From Candidatus Aphodovivens avistercoris (GTDB lineage Bacteria; Actinomycetota; Coriobacteriia; Coriobacteriales; Eggerthellaceae), in assembly GCA_018710945.1 (NCBI GenBank), contig DVIW01000010.1:29837-93836 (forward strand): DNA of 64,000 nt, read 5' to 3'. The notes beneath the pieces are model-generated. The model did not search any database and was not told the origin of the DNA. It was given only the letters and a program-made list of their open reading frames with translations. Numbering within the stretch: position 1 is the first letter of the stretch; the number at the start of each line of letters is the position of its first letter. Positions 47,290 through 57,198 of the stretch are shown one piece after another. A program made the position numbers and the translations under genes.

Positions 47290-48138
47290 ATGCGAATCGA
47301 CGTGAGCACCTACATCCCCGGAACCTCGCCTTTGCATGCGTGCGACGCGCGCGCGAAGGTGCTGCTGCTTGCCGCGTACTCGGTCACACTGTTCCTCGTG
47401 GGGACGTGGTGGGCGCTCGGCGTATGCGTTTTGGCGTTTGCGGCAGCGCTGGCGGTCTCGCGCGTGCCGGCGGGGCGGGTGTTCGCGCTGTCGGCGCCCT
47501 TGTTCGTCATTGCAGCGTTCGCCATCGCAGCGAACGCGTTTTCCTTCGACTGCGCAGCCGCCGCGCAGCCGGGTGGACTGGGCGGGGTGTCGTCGGGCGC
47601 CCTGGAAGGGGTGCCGCCGGTTCCGCTGGCGGGCTCGTTCGGGTTCGTGCCGGCAGGGTTTGCGCGCGGGTGCTTCTACGCCGTGCGCATTGTGTTGCTG
47701 GTGGCGGCCAGCCTGATCGTGTGCTTCACCACGTCGTCAACCCAGCTGACCGAGGCGTTTTCGAGCTTCTTGCGGCCGCTGCGACCCTTGCGCGTGCCCG
47801 TGGACGACATCGCCTCGGTGCTGTCCATCGCGCTGCGGTTCATCCCGCTGGTGGCCGAAGAGCTGGGGCGCATCCACGACGCGCAGTGGTCGCGTGGCGC
47901 GAAGTTCGCCGGCGCAGGCCTGATGGCGCGGTTGCGCGCTTGGGCCACGGTGCTGGTGCCGCTGTTCGTGAGCCTGTTCCGCCGCGCGGACGCGCTGGCT
48001 GTGGCCATGGACGCGCGCTGCTACGGCGCGCCGGGCGTGCAGCGCACCTCGCTGGCGCGCCTGCGCTTCCGCGTGCGGGACGTTGCGGCCCTGGCGCTGG
48101 GGCTTGCGGCGTGCGTCGCGCTGTCCGTGCTGGGGTAG
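47290..48138 (+). CDS. ecfT: energy-coupling factor (ECF) transporter transmembrane subunit EcfT/CbiQ family
   Basis: ATG 47290 gives MRIDVSTYIPGTSPLHACDARAKVLLL.... Also LSIALRFIPLVAEE, AQWSRGA and ALAVAMDARCYG, typical of EcfT. The position after rplQ is conserved in many Gram-positives. Confidence 0.8.
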   Translation: MRIDVSTYIPGTSPLHACDARAKVLLLAAYSVTLFLVGTWWALGVCVLAFAAALAVSRVPAGRVFALSAPLFVIAAFAIAANAFSFDCAAAAQPGGLGGVSSGALEGVPPVPLAGSFGFVPAGFARGCFYAVRIVLLVAASLIVCFTTSSTQLTEAFSSFLRPLRPLRVPVDDIASVLSIALRFIPLVAEELGRIHDAQWSRGAKFAGAGLMARLRAWATVLVPLFVSLFRRADALAVAMDARCYGAPGVQRTSLARLRFRVRDVAALALGLAACVALSVLG

Positions 48139-49625
<1,487 letters not shown>

Positions 49626-49626
<1 letters not shown>

Positions 49627-49708
49627 TTTCGTCGGTCTGCCGACCGACGAAACCGGCTGGCACACAAGCCCGTCCTGGCAGATCCCTGTCTGCCCAGGCG
49701 GGCTTTCT
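49626..49708 (+). terminator. two hairpins downstream of eno
   Basis: GTTTCGTCGGTC/GACCGACGAAAC (49626-49653) and AGCCCGTCCTGG.../...CCAGGCGGGCT followed by TTCTT (about 49667-49708). Confidence 0.55.
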
Positions 49709-49843
49709 TGCTGTCTGCGCCGTCCGGCGGCTTCAGCGTTTTCCGCTTTGAATCATCCTAAGAACGCTATAATAGGGCGGCATGAGACGAAACGGCGGCG
49801 CGCGGCGGAAGCTGAGGCGGCCGCAGATGAAAGGGGTGCTGGC

Positions 49844-51100
49844 ATGGCGGAGATGATCTCCCTGGAAGAGGCGCGCGACCTGGTGCTTTCCCGCGTCGAG
49901 GCGCTTGACGTGGAGACGGTGGGGCTGCTTGAGGCGGTCGGGCGCGTGGCGGCGGCCGACCTGAAGAGCGACATCGACGTGTCGCCGTTCGCCCACTCGG
50001 CGATGGACGGGTTCGCCGTGCACGCGGCCGAGCTGGAGGCGGCGTCGCCGAAGCAACCGGTGGAGCTGGACGTCATCGCGGAGGTGGCCGCCGGCGAGAC
50101 CTACGACGGGCCCATCGCGGCAGGCCAGTGCGTGCGCATCATGACGGGCGCGCCGCTGCCGGACGCGGCCGACGCCGTGGTGAAGTACGAGATCGTCGAC
50201 GTGGTGTCCGGGGACGGCAAGCCGGGCAGCCGTGTGGCGTTCACCGCGGCCACCAAGCTGCGCTCCAACATCCGCGAGGCGGGTGAAGAGGCCAAAGCGG
50301 GCGAGACGGTGGTGTCGCGCGGCGAAGTGCTGGGCTCGGCGGGTGCTGGCTTTTTGGCAGGCTGCGGCATCGTGGAGGTGCCGGTGCACCGCCGCCCGCG
50401 CGTGGGCATCATCTCCATCGGCTCGGAGCTGGTGGACCCCACCGACCTGCCCACTCCCGGCAAGATCCGCAACTCGAACAGCTACGCGCTGGCCGCCTGC
50501 GCCCAGGCTGCCGGCGCCATCCCGGAGATCCTGCCCATCGTGGCCGATGATGAGGATGCACTGGCGGCCGTGGTGGCGCAGGCCGTCAAGGACTACGACT
50601 TCGTGGTGACCAGCGGCGGCGCCTCCAACGGTGACTTCGACTTCATCAAACCGGTCGTGGAGCGTCTGGGCGAGCTGCTCATCACCACGGTGAACATGCG
50701 CCCTGGAAAGGCGCAGACGTTCGGCGTGGTGGAAGGCACGCCGGTGTTCGGCCTGCCGGGCAACCCGGCGGCGGCCTACTGCGGCTTCGAGATGATCATC
50801 CGCCCGGCGCTGCGCAAGATGCAGGGCTACAGCAGCTTCGTGCGCCCTTCGGTGATGGCGAAGCTGGCAGCCGATACGAAGAAGAGCGACAAGCGCCGCC
50901 TGTTCCTGCGCTCCACGCTGCGCAAGGAGGCCGACGGCACCTACGTGGTGGAGCCGGCGAAGAACCAGAGCTCGGGCCTGTTCGGCGTCATCCAGCGTAG
51001 CAACTGCATGGCAGTGCTGCCCGAGGGCGAGGGCGGCCGCACGAAGGGCGACCTGGTGGAGTGCGTCCTGCTGGACGTGGCGGAGGAGACCGTTATCTAG
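49844..51100 (+). CDS. moeA: molybdopterin molybdenumtransferase MoeA
   Basis: MAEMISLEEARDLVLSRVE..., SPFAHSAMDGFAV, RIMTGAPLP, and VTSGGASNGDFDF in MoeA order. 418 aa. Confidence 0.9.
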   Translation: MAEMISLEEARDLVLSRVEALDVETVGLLEAVGRVAAADLKSDIDVSPFAHSAMDGFAVHAAELEAASPKQPVELDVIAEVAAGETYDGPIAAGQCVRIMTGAPLPDAADAVVKYEIVDVVSGDGKPGSRVAFTAATKLRSNIREAGEEAKAGETVVSRGEVLGSAGAGFLAGCGIVEVPVHRRPRVGIISIGSELVDPTDLPTPGKIRNSNSYALAACAQAAGAIPEILPIVADDEDALAAVVAQAVKDYDFVVTSGGASNGDFDFIKPVVERLGELLITTVNMRPGKAQTFGVVEGTPVFGLPGNPAAAYCGFEMIIRPALRKMQGYSSFVRPSVMAKLAADTKKSDKRRLFLRSTLRKEADGTYVVEPAKNQSSGLFGVIQRSNCMAVLPEGEGGRTKGDLVECVLLDVAEETVI

Positions 51101-51311
51101 CTGCTTGGGCGCACCGATCCCGCCTGGCGGCGGGATCGGCCGTGGTTGGGGGTGCCAGCACGGCTGCGCTCCCTATCTTCGACCGTCCGCTCCGCCGCAC
51201 CGGCGCCCCCAGCCACAGCCGGAGTGGCGAGCGGAGCTTTGCCGCTCGATGCCGCTCGGGCGCTACGTTCATCAGGACTTGAAGAGGGAATGGGAAAGAA
51301 AGGGGCGAGGG

Positions 51312-51794
51312 ATGTCTGAAAGCGCTTTGACGTTCGCCATCATCACGTGCTCGGATACGCGCAGCATGAAGGAGGACACGGCGGGGGCGGCCCTGGAGGG
51401 GCTCATCGCCGACAACGGGTGGACGTGTGAGAGCCATGTGGTGGTGAAGGACGAGCGGGCCGACATTTCGGCGGCCATCGTGGCGGCGTGTGACGAGCTT
51501 GACGTCGACATCGTGCTGACCTGCGGCGGAAGCGGGCTGTCGCTGCGCGACGTGACGCCGGAGGCCACCATGGACGTGTGCGAGCGCAACGTGCCGGGCA
51601 TCGCCGAGGCCATGCGCGCGCACTCGCTGGCCATCACGCCCTACGCCATGCTTTCCCGCGCGCTGTGCATGCAGCGCGGGCGCCACCTGGTCATCAACCT
51701 GCCGGGCAGCGAGAAAGCCGCGCGCGAGAACTGGGACGGCATCGTGAAGGCGCTGCCCCACGCCGCCAAGATGATGGCGGGCGGCGGCCACTAG
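51312..51794 (+). CDS. MogA/MoaB-family molybdenum cofactor biosynthesis protein
   Basis: 160 aa: FAIITCSDTRS..., LTCGGSGLSLRDVTPEAT, and INLPGSEKAA, which are MoCF_biosynth domain signatures. Confidence 0.85.
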   Translation: MSESALTFAIITCSDTRSMKEDTAGAALEGLIADNGWTCESHVVVKDERADISAAIVAACDELDVDIVLTCGGSGLSLRDVTPEATMDVCERNVPGIAEAMRAHSLAITPYAMLSRALCMQRGRHLVINLPGSEKAARENWDGIVKALPHAAKMMAGGGH

Positions 51795-52171
51795 GGGGTT
51801 GTTTGCCGGACGCTTCCGCCCGTTGCGCGCGGGCGCATAAGGCGGAAGCGCCGCGATCCGTCTTGGCGATCCGGTGGCGTGCGCCGCTGCGGGCTTCCGC
51901 GCGCCGGGCGCTTGTTGCGGCGACGCGCCGGACGCCGGCTCCGCAAAGGGGTTTTCCCCAAGGGGGCGCGCCGCCCTTTTCACCAGAAGCCCCTTTGCCT
52001 GCCGTTCCTTCCGCTTCTTCCGCTGTGCGCTGCGCAAATCCCGCATTCGACCTTTGTTCGTTCACGGGGGAAGCGGCGCCGGGGGCTGTCGCGCAAACGC
52101 CCGGTGCTATACTGATGCGCGTTTGATGCGGGCGCGTCGCGTTTTCGCGCGCGAAGGGAAGAAGAGGGAGC

Positions 52172-53596
52172 ATGACGGAAGAAGAGCCGCTGAACGGATT
52201 CACCGGTTTCGCGCGGCGCAAGCCAGGGTTCATTCCGGCCAGCGTGAGCGTGGGACACACGCCGGTGCCTTCCGGCAGCACGCGGGGCGGGCTGGGTTCC
52301 TCGCCGCTGTCCGACCGCGAAGAGCGGACGTATCCGTTCAGCCCCGACACTCCGAAAAGCCCCGCCGCGCAGGGTGCGTTCCAGTACGCGCGCGACCATG
52401 AGCGCAACGCGTCCGGCACGCTGTCGTTCGACCCCGACAAGCTGCGCACCATCTCCGCCATCGACCGGCGTTGGTCGTGGGTGGAGGTGGACCTTTCCGC
52501 CATCCGTCACAACGTGGGCGAGTACCGCCGCCGCCTGGGTTCGGGCACGCGGCTGATGGCCGTGGTGAAGGCCGACGCCTACGGGCACGGCTCGGTGCAG
52601 GTGGCGCGCACGGCGCTGCACTCCGGCGCGGAGTGGCTGGGCGTCGCGACGGTGGACGAAGCCATCAAGCTGCGCGAGGCGCTGGTGAACGCGCCGATCC
52701 TCGTGCTTTCCGAACCGCCCGTCACGGCGGCGCCGCTGCTTCTGGCCTACAAGGTGGTGCCGGCGGTTTACACGCCGGAGTTCGCCATCGCCTATGCGGA
52801 AACGGCCGACGCGTTCGGCCTGCGCGCGCCGTACCACCTGGCCATCAACACGGGCATGAACCGCATCGGCGTGCAGCACGACCGCGTGATCGAGTTCATG
52901 ACGCAGGTGGGTTTCCACCGCGCGCTCGACCTGAACGGCGTGTTCACCCATTTCGCGACGGCCGACGAAGCCGAGACGCTGGACTTCCAGATCCAGGCGA
53001 AGCGTTTCATCGAGGCGGTGAGCGCCCTGCGCGCGGCGGGCATCGACCCGGGCATCGTGCATGCGGCGAACACGGCGGCTGGCGCGCGCTTCGCGGACGT
53101 GCACTTCGACATGGCGCGTTTGGGCGTGTCGCTGTACGGGCTGCATCCGTCCGCGCAGACGCGTCCGCTGCTGGATCTGCGCCCGGCCATGAGCGTGCAC
53201 GCGCGCATCACCGACGTGCGCACGGTGCCGCTGGGCGAGGGCGTCAGCTACGGGCTGGACTACCGCAGCCCCGGCAGCGTGAAGGTGTGCACCCTGCCCA
53301 TCGGCTATGCGGACGGGCTGCGTCACGAGCTGTCCGGTCGCACCGACGTGATCTTGGACGGCCGCCGCTGCCGCCAGGTGGGGCAGATCTGCATGGACAT
53401 GTGCATGTTCGAGGTGGACATGCGCATCTACGGCACGCGCCGCCGGCTTGACCCGCAGATCGGCGACGAGGTGCTGCTGGTGGGCAGCCAGGGCGACGCC
53501 GCGATAACGCTGGACGAGATGGCGGATGCGCTGGGCACCATCAACTACGAGATCGCCTGCGGTTTCGGGATGCGCCTGCCGAAGGTGTTCCGGTAG
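52172..53596 (+). CDS. alr: alanine racemase (start codon uncertain; ~100-aa N-terminal extension if ATG 52172 is used)
   Basis: The core runs from WSWVEVDLSAIRHNV, with the PLP-lysine motif AVVKADAYGHG and the C-terminal YEIACG. There is no in-frame ATG between 52172 and the core. Confidence 0.85.
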   Translation: MTEEEPLNGFTGFARRKPGFIPASVSVGHTPVPSGSTRGGLGSSPLSDREERTYPFSPDTPKSPAAQGAFQYARDHERNASGTLSFDPDKLRTISAIDRRWSWVEVDLSAIRHNVGEYRRRLGSGTRLMAVVKADAYGHGSVQVARTALHSGAEWLGVATVDEAIKLREALVNAPILVLSEPPVTAAPLLLAYKVVPAVYTPEFAIAYAETADAFGLRAPYHLAINTGMNRIGVQHDRVIEFMTQVGFHRALDLNGVFTHFATADEAETLDFQIQAKRFIEAVSALRAAGIDPGIVHAANTAAGARFADVHFDMARLGVSLYGLHPSAQTRPLLDLRPAMSVHARITDVRTVPLGEGVSYGLDYRSPGSVKVCTLPIGYADGLRHELSGRTDVILDGRRCRQVGQICMDMCMFEVDMRIYGTRRRLDPQIGDEVLLVGSQGDAAITLDEMADALGTINYEIACGFGMRLPKVFR

Positions 53597-53638
53597 CGGG
53601 CCCGCCGGCGAGGTGCCAGAAAAAGGAAGGAGCGCGCG

Positions 53639-54370
53639 ATGCACAAGCCGCATATTCCGTTGGACGAGATTCGCGCGGCGGTGGAGGGGTGCCGCAAGTG
53701 CCCGCTGGCCGACGGCCGCACGCAGACCGTGTTCGGTGACGGCAACCCGCAGGCGCGCGTGCTCATCGTGGGCGAGGCGCCGGGCAAGAACGAGGACCTG
53801 CAGGGCATCCCGTTCGTGGGCGCCGCCGGCAAGTACCTCAACGAGCTGCTGGCCATCGCGGGCCTGCGCCGCGAGGACGTGTTCATCGCCAACGTGCTGA
53901 AGTGCCGCCCGCCGGGAAACCGCGATCCGCGCCCCGAGGAGATCGAGCTGTGCACGCCGTACCTGCGCGAACAGACGCGCACGATCGACCCGGAGTTCAT
54001 CGTGACGCTGGGCAACTTCTCCACGAAGTTCATCCTGAAAACCGAGGTGGGCATCACGCGCCTGCATGGCAAGCTGCAGAAGGCGGGGAAGTTCAAGGTG
54101 TTCCCCATCTTCCACCCCGCCGCGGCGCTCTACGACGGCAGCAAGCGCGTGGCCCTGGAGAACGACTTCGCCACTTTGGGCGAGCTTCTGCACGCGTCGC
54201 AGCCTGCGGACGGCGCGGCTGGTGCGGCGGCGTCGGGGCAGTCGGCGGCGGGCGCTGCGATGGCGGATCGGCCCGCGGAGGCGGCGGCTTCGGATGGGCG
54301 ATCGGCGGCGGATGGCGCGCAGTCCGCTTCGTCCCAGGAGCCCCGTTACGAGCAGGAGAGCTTGCTGTAG
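53639..54370 (+). CDS. family-4 uracil-DNA glycosylase with Ala-rich C-terminal tail
   Basis: CRKCPLADGRTQTVFGDGNPQARVLIVGEAPGKNEDLQGIPFVGAAGKYL and HPAAALY are family-4 UDG motifs. The last ~55 aa are A/G/S low-complexity sequence. Confidence 0.85.
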   Translation: MHKPHIPLDEIRAAVEGCRKCPLADGRTQTVFGDGNPQARVLIVGEAPGKNEDLQGIPFVGAAGKYLNELLAIAGLRREDVFIANVLKCRPPGNRDPRPEEIELCTPYLREQTRTIDPEFIVTLGNFSTKFILKTEVGITRLHGKLQKAGKFKVFPIFHPAAALYDGSKRVALENDFATLGELLHASQPADGAAGAAASGQSAAGAAMADRPAEAAASDGRSAADGAQSASSQEPRYEQESLL

Positions 54371-54607
54371 CGAGCGCTTCTCTTCGCGCATGCGTGCGGG
54401 TTCGGTGCGCGACGGCACTTCGCTTCTTGCGTGCACGTCGGAACCGCCGGAGCCGTCCGCGGTCGCCGGGCGCTTGGTCGCTGGCACAACCCTCTGCAAG
54501 AAAAGGCAACCGTCCGACCGGCAGAAATGCTACCGAAACAAACCCGTTTCAGAGGCGCTGCTATACTGGCGGTTCTGAAAGCGGCGATGCGAAGGGGCTG
54601 AGGCCAC

Positions 54608-55501
54608 GTGTACCCTATCGAGCAAGTGGAGCATCTGAACGCGGAGGTCACCCGCATGGTGGTGCGGGCACCGGAGATCGCGCGGAAGATCAAGCCCGGG
54701 CAATTCATCATGTTGCGCATCGACGAGCGCGGCGAGCGCATCCCGCTCACCATGAACGCCTGCGACCCGCAGGCGGGCACCGTCACCATCGTGTTCCAGG
54801 CGGTGGGCGCCACCACCATGCGGCTGGCCGAGCTGAAGCCGGGCGACGCGCTGCTGGATTTCGCCGGCCCGCTGGGCAACCCCACCGAGCTTGAGGGCGC
54901 GCGCCGGGCGTGCGTCATCGGCGGCGGCCTGGGCACTGCCATCGCATACCCCCAGGCCAAGTGGCTGCACGACCACGGTTGCGAGGTGGACGTGATAACG
55001 GGCTTCCGCACGAAGGACCTCATCCTGTTCGAAGACGAGCTGGCGGCGTGCTCAAGCTGGCACAAGGTGATGACCGACGACGGCTCGAACGGCAACAAGG
55101 GCGTGGTGACGGCTCCGCTGCAGGAGCGCATCGACGCCGGCGCCGATTACGACCTGGTGCTGGCGGTGGGTCCCGTCATCATGATGAAGTTCGTGGCGGC
55201 TACCACCAAACCCCACGGCATCAAGACGCTCGTCTCCATGAATCCCCTGATGATCGACGGAACCGGCATGTGCGGCGGCTGCCGCGTGAAGGTGGGCGAC
55301 GAATACAAGCACGCCTGCGTCGATGGTCCCGACTTCGACGGCCATCTGGTCGATTACGACGACGCCATGCGGCGTGGCGTGATGTACCGCAGCTTCGAGG
55401 CGGCGGCGCGCGAGGCGGCGAAGGGCAGGTTGGCAAGCGAGGCGCGCGATTGCGGCGCAGCGGAGCCGCAGCGGGCGGCGGACGAGCGGAAGGGAGCCTA
55501 G
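54608..55501 (+). CDS. NfnA-like FAD/NAD(P)-binding, [2Fe-2S] oxidoreductase subunit (sulfide/dihydroorotate dehydrogenase-like electron-transfer subunit)
   Basis: GTG start. PGQFIMLRIDERGERIPLT (FAD-binding barrel), GGGLGTAIAYP (NAD binding) and the Cys cluster MIDGTGMCGGCRV. Confidence 0.75.
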   Translation: MYPIEQVEHLNAEVTRMVVRAPEIARKIKPGQFIMLRIDERGERIPLTMNACDPQAGTVTIVFQAVGATTMRLAELKPGDALLDFAGPLGNPTELEGARRACVIGGGLGTAIAYPQAKWLHDHGCEVDVITGFRTKDLILFEDELAACSSWHKVMTDDGSNGNKGVVTAPLQERIDAGADYDLVLAVGPVIMMKFVAATTKPHGIKTLVSMNPLMIDGTGMCGGCRVKVGDEYKHACVDGPDFDGHLVDYDDAMRRGVMYRSFEAAAREAAKGRLASEARDCGAAEPQRAADERKGA

Positions 55502-55504
55502 GGC

Positions 55505-57172
55505 ATGGCGCGGCTGAGCTACGAGGCGAACAAGCAGCAGGAAAAGACGCCGATGCCCGAGCTGGACCCGCTCGAGCGCGCGCACACGTTTGAAGAGGTG
55601 GCGCTGGGCTACACGGCCGAGGACGCCATGCGCGAGGCGCGCCGCTGCATCCAGTGCCCCAAAGCGCCCTGCATGGACGGCTGCCCGGTGGGCGTGCCCA
55701 TTCCCCAGTTCATCGAGAAGGTGGCCGAAGGCGACTTCGCCGCTGCGTACCATCTGGTGAAGGATGCGAACGCGCTGCCCGCCATCTGCGGGCGCGTGTG
55801 CCCTCAGGAAACCCAGTGCGAGGGCGTGTGCACGCGCGGCCGCAAGGGCGAGCCGGTGGGCATCGGCCGCCTGGAGCGCTTCGTGGCGGACTGGGCTATG
55901 AGTGTTCCGCCGGCTTGCCAGCCGGCGGAACCGGCCGACGTTATGAACGAGATGGAAGAGGACGCGCTCCGAGCGGAAGCGGCGTGCGTTGTTGGGGTTG
56001 TCGGGGGCGGTGACCTCCAGCCGCTCAAACAGTCCTGCTCGCACGAAAGCGCCACTGGCGCTTTCGGCTCGTGCGGAACTCGCTTGGTGGAGGCCGCCGC
56101 CCCCGACGGCCGTGCCGAGGATGTTTCAGCTTCCGCCTTCGACGCCGAACCGGGGACTGACGAAGCGTTCCGGCTTGAGCAGGAGGGGGATCTGGCTGGC
56201 AAGTGGGTGGCCGTGGTGGGGTCGGGACCGGCTTCGCTTACGTGCGCGGGCGAGCTGGCGAAGCGCGGATGCTCTGTCACCGTGTTCGAGGCCTTGCACA
56301 AGGCGGGCGGCGTGCTGACCTACGGCATCCCCGAGTTCCGCCTGCCGAAGGACCTGGTGCAGCGCGAGGTGTCGCAGCTGGAGGGCCAGGGCGTGCGCTT
56401 CGAGCTGAACGCGCTGGTGGGCAAGCTGTACAGCATCGACGAGCTGCTGGACGAGAAGGGCTTCGATGCCGTGTTCGTGGGGACGGGCGCCGGCCTGCCC
56501 GGCTACCTGGGCATCGAGGGCGAGGCGGCCAACGGCGTGATGACCGCCAACGAGCTGTTGACGCGCGTGAACTTGATGAAGGCCTACCTGTTCCCCGAGT
56601 ACGACACGCCGGTGTACGCCGGGAAGAAGTGCGTGGTGGCGGGCGGCGGCAACGTTGCCATGGACGCCGCTCGCACGGCGCTGCGCCTGGGCGCCGAGGT
56701 GACGGTGGTGTACCGCCGCGGTCGCGACGAGATGCCCGCCCGCGCGGAGGAAATCCACCATGCGGAGGAAGAGGGCGTGAAGTTCCACCTGCTGGCGAAT
56801 CCCGTGCGCATTTTGAGCACCGACGACGGCTGGGTGTCGGGCGTGGAGTGCGTGCGCATGGAGCTGGGCGAGCCGGATGCCAGCGGGCGCCGGCGTCCCG
56901 TGCCGGTGGAGGGCAGCGAGTTCGTCATCGACGCCGATATGATGGTGGTGGCCGTGGGATCGAAGACCAACCCGCTCATCGCGCAGACGACGCCGGGGCT
57001 GGACGTGACCGCGCGCAACCTGGTGGTGGCCGACGAGGAAACGGGCGCCACGTCGAAGCCGGGCGTGTTCGCCGGCGGCGACACGGTGATCGGCGCCGCC
57101 ACGGTGATCCTGGCGATGGGCGCGGGCAAGCGCGCCGCCGCCGGCATTGGTGACTACCTGTTGGGCAAGTAA
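55505..57172 (+). CDS. NfnB-like / glutamate synthase small-chain-like NADPH oxidoreductase with ~100-aa insertion
   Basis: Two Fe-S Cys motifs (CIQCPKAPC..CPVGV; ALPAICGRVCPQETQCEGVC). Dinucleotide folds VAVVGSGPASL and VVAGGGNVAMDAART. The C-terminus reads VFAGGD. The segment between RFVADWA and KWVAVVG is far longer than expected for this family. Confidence 0.8.
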   Translation: MARLSYEANKQQEKTPMPELDPLERAHTFEEVALGYTAEDAMREARRCIQCPKAPCMDGCPVGVPIPQFIEKVAEGDFAAAYHLVKDANALPAICGRVCPQETQCEGVCTRGRKGEPVGIGRLERFVADWAMSVPPACQPAEPADVMNEMEEDALRAEAACVVGVVGGGDLQPLKQSCSHESATGAFGSCGTRLVEAAAPDGRAEDVSASAFDAEPGTDEAFRLEQEGDLAGKWVAVVGSGPASLTCAGELAKRGCSVTVFEALHKAGGVLTYGIPEFRLPKDLVQREVSQLEGQGVRFELNALVGKLYSIDELLDEKGFDAVFVGTGAGLPGYLGIEGEAANGVMTANELLTRVNLMKAYLFPEYDTPVYAGKKCVVAGGGNVAMDAARTALRLGAEVTVVYRRGRDEMPARAEEIHHAEEEGVKFHLLANPVRILSTDDGWVSGVECVRMELGEPDASGRRRPVPVEGSEFVIDADMMVVAVGSKTNPLIAQTTPGLDVTARNLVVADEETGATSKPGVFAGGDTVIGAATVILAMGAGKRAAAGIGDYLLGK

Positions 57173-57198
57173 TCGCGCTGCTGAAGAGGACAGACACG

